Shown here in pieces: positions 60,401 through 64,000 of a stretch of DNA of 64,000 nucleotides. Each line of letters starts with the position of its first letter. Position 1 is the stretch's first letter. This stretch comes from Strigamia acuminata. Its lineage: Eukaryota. A program made the translations under genes and the position numbers. The notes below the pieces were generated by a model, which searched no databases, was not told the origin of the DNA, and was given only the letters and a program-made list of their open reading frames with translations. Where the stretch lies: positions 23,560,001-23,624,000 of the forward strand of contig OX442314.1 in the NCBI GenBank assembly GCA_949358305.1, read 5' to 3'.

Positions 60401-63400
60401 TAACTTTTGCTTCAAGAACTGCTTAGTGACAAAGATTAGCACAGAGGAAGATAAAAAAAATTCGAAAAGTTAAAGTTGAATCCATCAACAATTAATAAAG
60501 AAGTCTTTGTATTGTGTTTAATTGACACCTCAAATATCCTCTTAAATCTTTTATCTCAACACAAAGAAGACGTCGGCATTGTCTAGAATCGAGCCAGAAG
60601 ATCATTCAGAGCGCTCCAATCCCATCCACAAATATAAATTCACACAAGAACAAGTTCCTTTCACAAACCGGAAGTCCCTTTTCAAATGTAATCCTATAAG
60701 CTCATTACGATTGAATTTCTTATCCGATTCCAAACTTAAAGACGAAATATCCAATACACCAAAAAAAAAAAAATAATCATCATAACGTCAAATTTACGTG
60801 AAAAATACCGACGTTACGATATAATTACATCCAAGCTTTTAAATACTGCATGCAAAGATACCGACTGATAAAATAAAGTGCAAATTAGTTTTCAGAATTT
60901 GTTTCAAAACAGTTGTTATGCTAAAATATTAACCTAGCAATTTTTCGTAACGTGCACTCCTAATGAAGGTAGCGCAAACTTTATCTACACAATAATTTAG
61001 AAATAATTTCTCATTTCATTCCATTACACTTCAAGCAGAGTTCATTTCGCTTTGACCAAAACCACTTGGCAGCAAAGCCCAAGGGGCTGCTTCCTCAATT
61101 TATAAGATTAAATAACAGCGAGTAGTTTTTATAAAACACAATATTTCCTCGATTTACGCCTATTCATTTTCAATTAACCTTCTTGCAACCACCCATCAAC
61201 GTCTGCACATGTATGCGAGTTGAAATTATCAACACAAGGTGTAAAAAGATTACACAGACAAATTAAATTCGTGCGATGTCCCGCCACAAACTGTCTATTA
61301 AACCAAGGGTTCCCAAACATCGCGACCCATTTTTAAGCAAGGCGATCTTCCGCGCCCCACTTTATCTACCAGTGCATTAAATTTTTCAAAAATGAACTAC
61401 TAAAAAGAAAAAAAAAAAAAAAAAAATTTTTTTCATAAAATTTTACATAAGTTTGCAAAAAATAATTTTAGTGCACCACCAAAAATCAGCTCGCGCCTCA
61501 CAGTTTGGAAAACGCTGTATTAAACAATCGTAAACATACTAAAACGATGAGTAGTCGTATTTAGCAATTGTAATAACATTACTTACATCGCACGTGCACA
61601 CTGCGCATTTACTGAAGCCGAAAGGAGGCAAATAGGGATGCCAAATAGTTCCTGCCTGATGCCATTTCTTATCACCGTCAAAGTAGCAACCTAAAAGTAA
61701 GAACAAATATAAAGCAACTTGAAAACGCAATCGAGTGGCAATTTTTGTTCATTGGAGCATTCGCACTCCAGTGCACTTACCTTTAGATGCGTTCTCTTTA
61801 TTGTCCATGGAGTTGTCTAAAAGGACACGAAAATAGAACATTTTATACAATTTAGTGGACAACTTAATGGCACTGGCTCGGCCAGAAACTGCTTCCAGAG
61901 GATTAAGAAATTGGCAAGATTTCTCACCTCACTGCGTCTTAAATCTATTAAATCTATTTGCAGCTATAGTTTAGCACCGAGATTACAACTGGCATTCGTT
62001 TCAATTAAGAGATGGGATGTATCAAATCCAAACAACCTTGCTAAAATATCCCAAGCTCAATAAATTCTGCTGCAATTTATTATCAACATCCGTAGTGTAA
62101 TACTAGCTCAACAATTATTTACCAACAACAGTGGAAATAGCTTAAATCTCCTGTTCAAACGCTTCAAATTTGAGATCTCAGACAATACAAGTCACGGGTC
62201 ATAACCTACTGGCCAGTGTCATAAATATCATGACTCAGACAGACACACAATGGATCAAATTGGATTCAAGCTGACCCACTTGTTCAATACTGCAAATTTA
62301 ACCTCGTACAGAACTCGAGAATATTATTTTGTTTTGTCATCAATAACGTGTTTAGTTCAACTTTCTCTCACCAGCCCAAGTGGAAACGTTTTATATATAT
62401 TTTTAATGATTAGGACTGCAGCTAAACCCTTTTAAACCACTGTTGTTAAATGATAAGAGAAGTTCAACCTCAAAGCCTAATGTGAAGTAATTAACTCACT
62501 CACCTGAATTAACAGCACTTGGACAGGATGGACAGCATTCACCGATTAGTTGGACAATATCATTGCATTGAGGTTTTGGACAGATAACTGGATCACACGA
62601 CACTCTGTCTCTCTGAAAAATGATAATTGCATGTCAAAATACAAAAAAAAATATAAAAAGTATACATATTTTCGTGTTTTAAATTTCAGTTAAATTTCAA
62701 CAATCATTTGCATCGATCATCACAATATCAACAGCTAAATTTTATGATGATGATGCGATGTTTCGGCTTCAAACATCCGGGTTGCCAACTTTTAATCCTA
62801 CACGATGTAATGTGTTTTGGTCTAATGTGCTCTTGTCCACTCAAAAGCATTGCATGTTTGTGGCCGTCCTTCCAGCCAATTGTAACCAAATCGATGGCAA
62901 TGATCACATTCATGAAGAACACACACGAAACCATTTAAAATTATTTAAAATTGAAAATTCAGTTTCAAGTAATAAAAATTCCCTATTTTAATAAAATCAA
63001 ATTTCCCAACACACAGTACAAAGTGCAAAATGCAGTTTTAATTGTTTTAAACTCCAAAATTCAATTTCCTAAGTGCCAAAAATGCATTTTAAGGTGCAAA
63101 ATGCACTTTTGCAGTGCCAAAACTAATAATAAAAGTATTTTTTTTAATTTTTTTTCTTAAATCGCACCCTGCGCAGCTAACTAAATGCAGTGAAAATGTT
63201 TATAGTGTAATTAAACCAAACAAAACGAATTCCAAAAGTCTGGGAAAAGACAATCAAATGTTAATTAGCGCATTCTCAACATGTTTTCCCAGCTTATTCC
63301 CTCCATTTCTCAGTGAGAAAACCTTCTTACCCTGCAACTGCACATCATGCACGAGTCGTGCTGCGATGTCCACTGAGAGCCATCTTCAAAGAACTTGCCC

Positions 63401-63501
63401 TCATAGAAACATTTGTATGTCTCCTCTGTGATGTGATTGGTCTCATGTGTGTAGTCACCGAACTGCTCGTACTGCGGAAGACAAGCCAGGGGGACGTGCA
63501 C
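57401..63501 (-). CDS. sog: Chordin/short gastrulation, 3' exons (CR2-CR4); the gene continues beyond the window
   Basis: Exons: [116 protein letters not shown]; stop at 57401. Confidence 0.93.
57585..57865. repeat. 30-31-bp minisatellite (~9 units) in the last chordin intron
   Basis: aaattgaacaaaacgactaaaataaat(atcg/gtct) units. Confidence 0.85.
58885..59065. repeat. ~21-22-bp degenerate tandem repeat, probably within a MITE
   Basis: aaaatttta(g/a)(g/a)cccaaaaa repeated. Confidence 0.7.
61304..61517. mobile_element. hAT MITE in a chordin intron
   Basis: CAAGGGTTCCCAAAC / GTTTGGAAAACGCTG imperfect TIRs; perfect 8-bp TSD TATTAAAC. Confidence 0.85.
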
Positions 63502-64000
63502 CTACAAACAAAGAACACTCTTCATTTAACAACCCAGGGAACCGAATCAGTTGTCTGCATCGTAATGAGATGAGTGTTTAAAATCGAGACAAGAAATGCC
63601 GTTGCATTTAATTAGCACCTGCGTACTTTCCTACAGGTAAATTCCTTAATTAAACCACTCCAAAGTAAATTTGCTTTGCTCTTCTGATAAAAAATTTAAA
63701 AAAATAAAAAATATATAAAAAAAACTAACAAAAAAAACCATATCGTTAATTATTTTATCTGATTTATTATCTCTCATTTTATTCACACAAAAAAAATATT
63801 AATCAAAGAAATTAAGATTCATTTGCTAATATTTGGCAAATAAACCTTCTTTGCCTAAGGTTTTTTGGGGCTTCTGAACGAAAACGAAGAAGGTTTTTGC
63901 TAATTAAAGACCTATCCAGAGGCGCCTAAACTTTACTTTTAATAATTCATTAAATTCATTAATTAATGTGTTGATAAATTTCTGAAATTTCTGTCATCAT

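Overview
AT-rich eukaryotic (invertebrate, probably arthropod) genomic DNA with many short introns of about 55-70 bp. There is no CRISPR array, rRNA or tRNA gene. Bases 1-15 kb are a transposon graveyard: a truncated BEL/Pao element, 35-bp and 54-bp palindromic minisatellites, and three nested, truncated Ty3/gypsy elements. One of these has a ~1.15-kb LTR containing an ORF, a tRNA-Pro primer binding site (PBS) and an unusually long gag. Bases 15-38 kb hold a tandem array of four apparently intact ionotropic-receptor (IR/variant iGluR) genes on the minus strand, interspersed with MITEs, a solo LTR, a decayed Copia and nested DNA transposons. Bases 40-48 kb carry CCDC30-like, TSSK-family kinase and UBX-domain (UBXN10-like) genes on plus and YEATS4/GAS41 on minus. 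At 50-55 kb a full-length Mag-like gypsy element with identical LTRs sits inside a partial YEATS4 duplicate. The 3' exons of chordin/sog lie on minus from 57.4 kb to the window end. I found no clearly new biological system. The best candidates for a second look are the long-gag element with its LTR ORF, the IR array with a repeated intergenic module, and the aberrant gypsy integration junction. All calls are by eye, with no database searches, and boundaries marked approximate may be off by a few bases.
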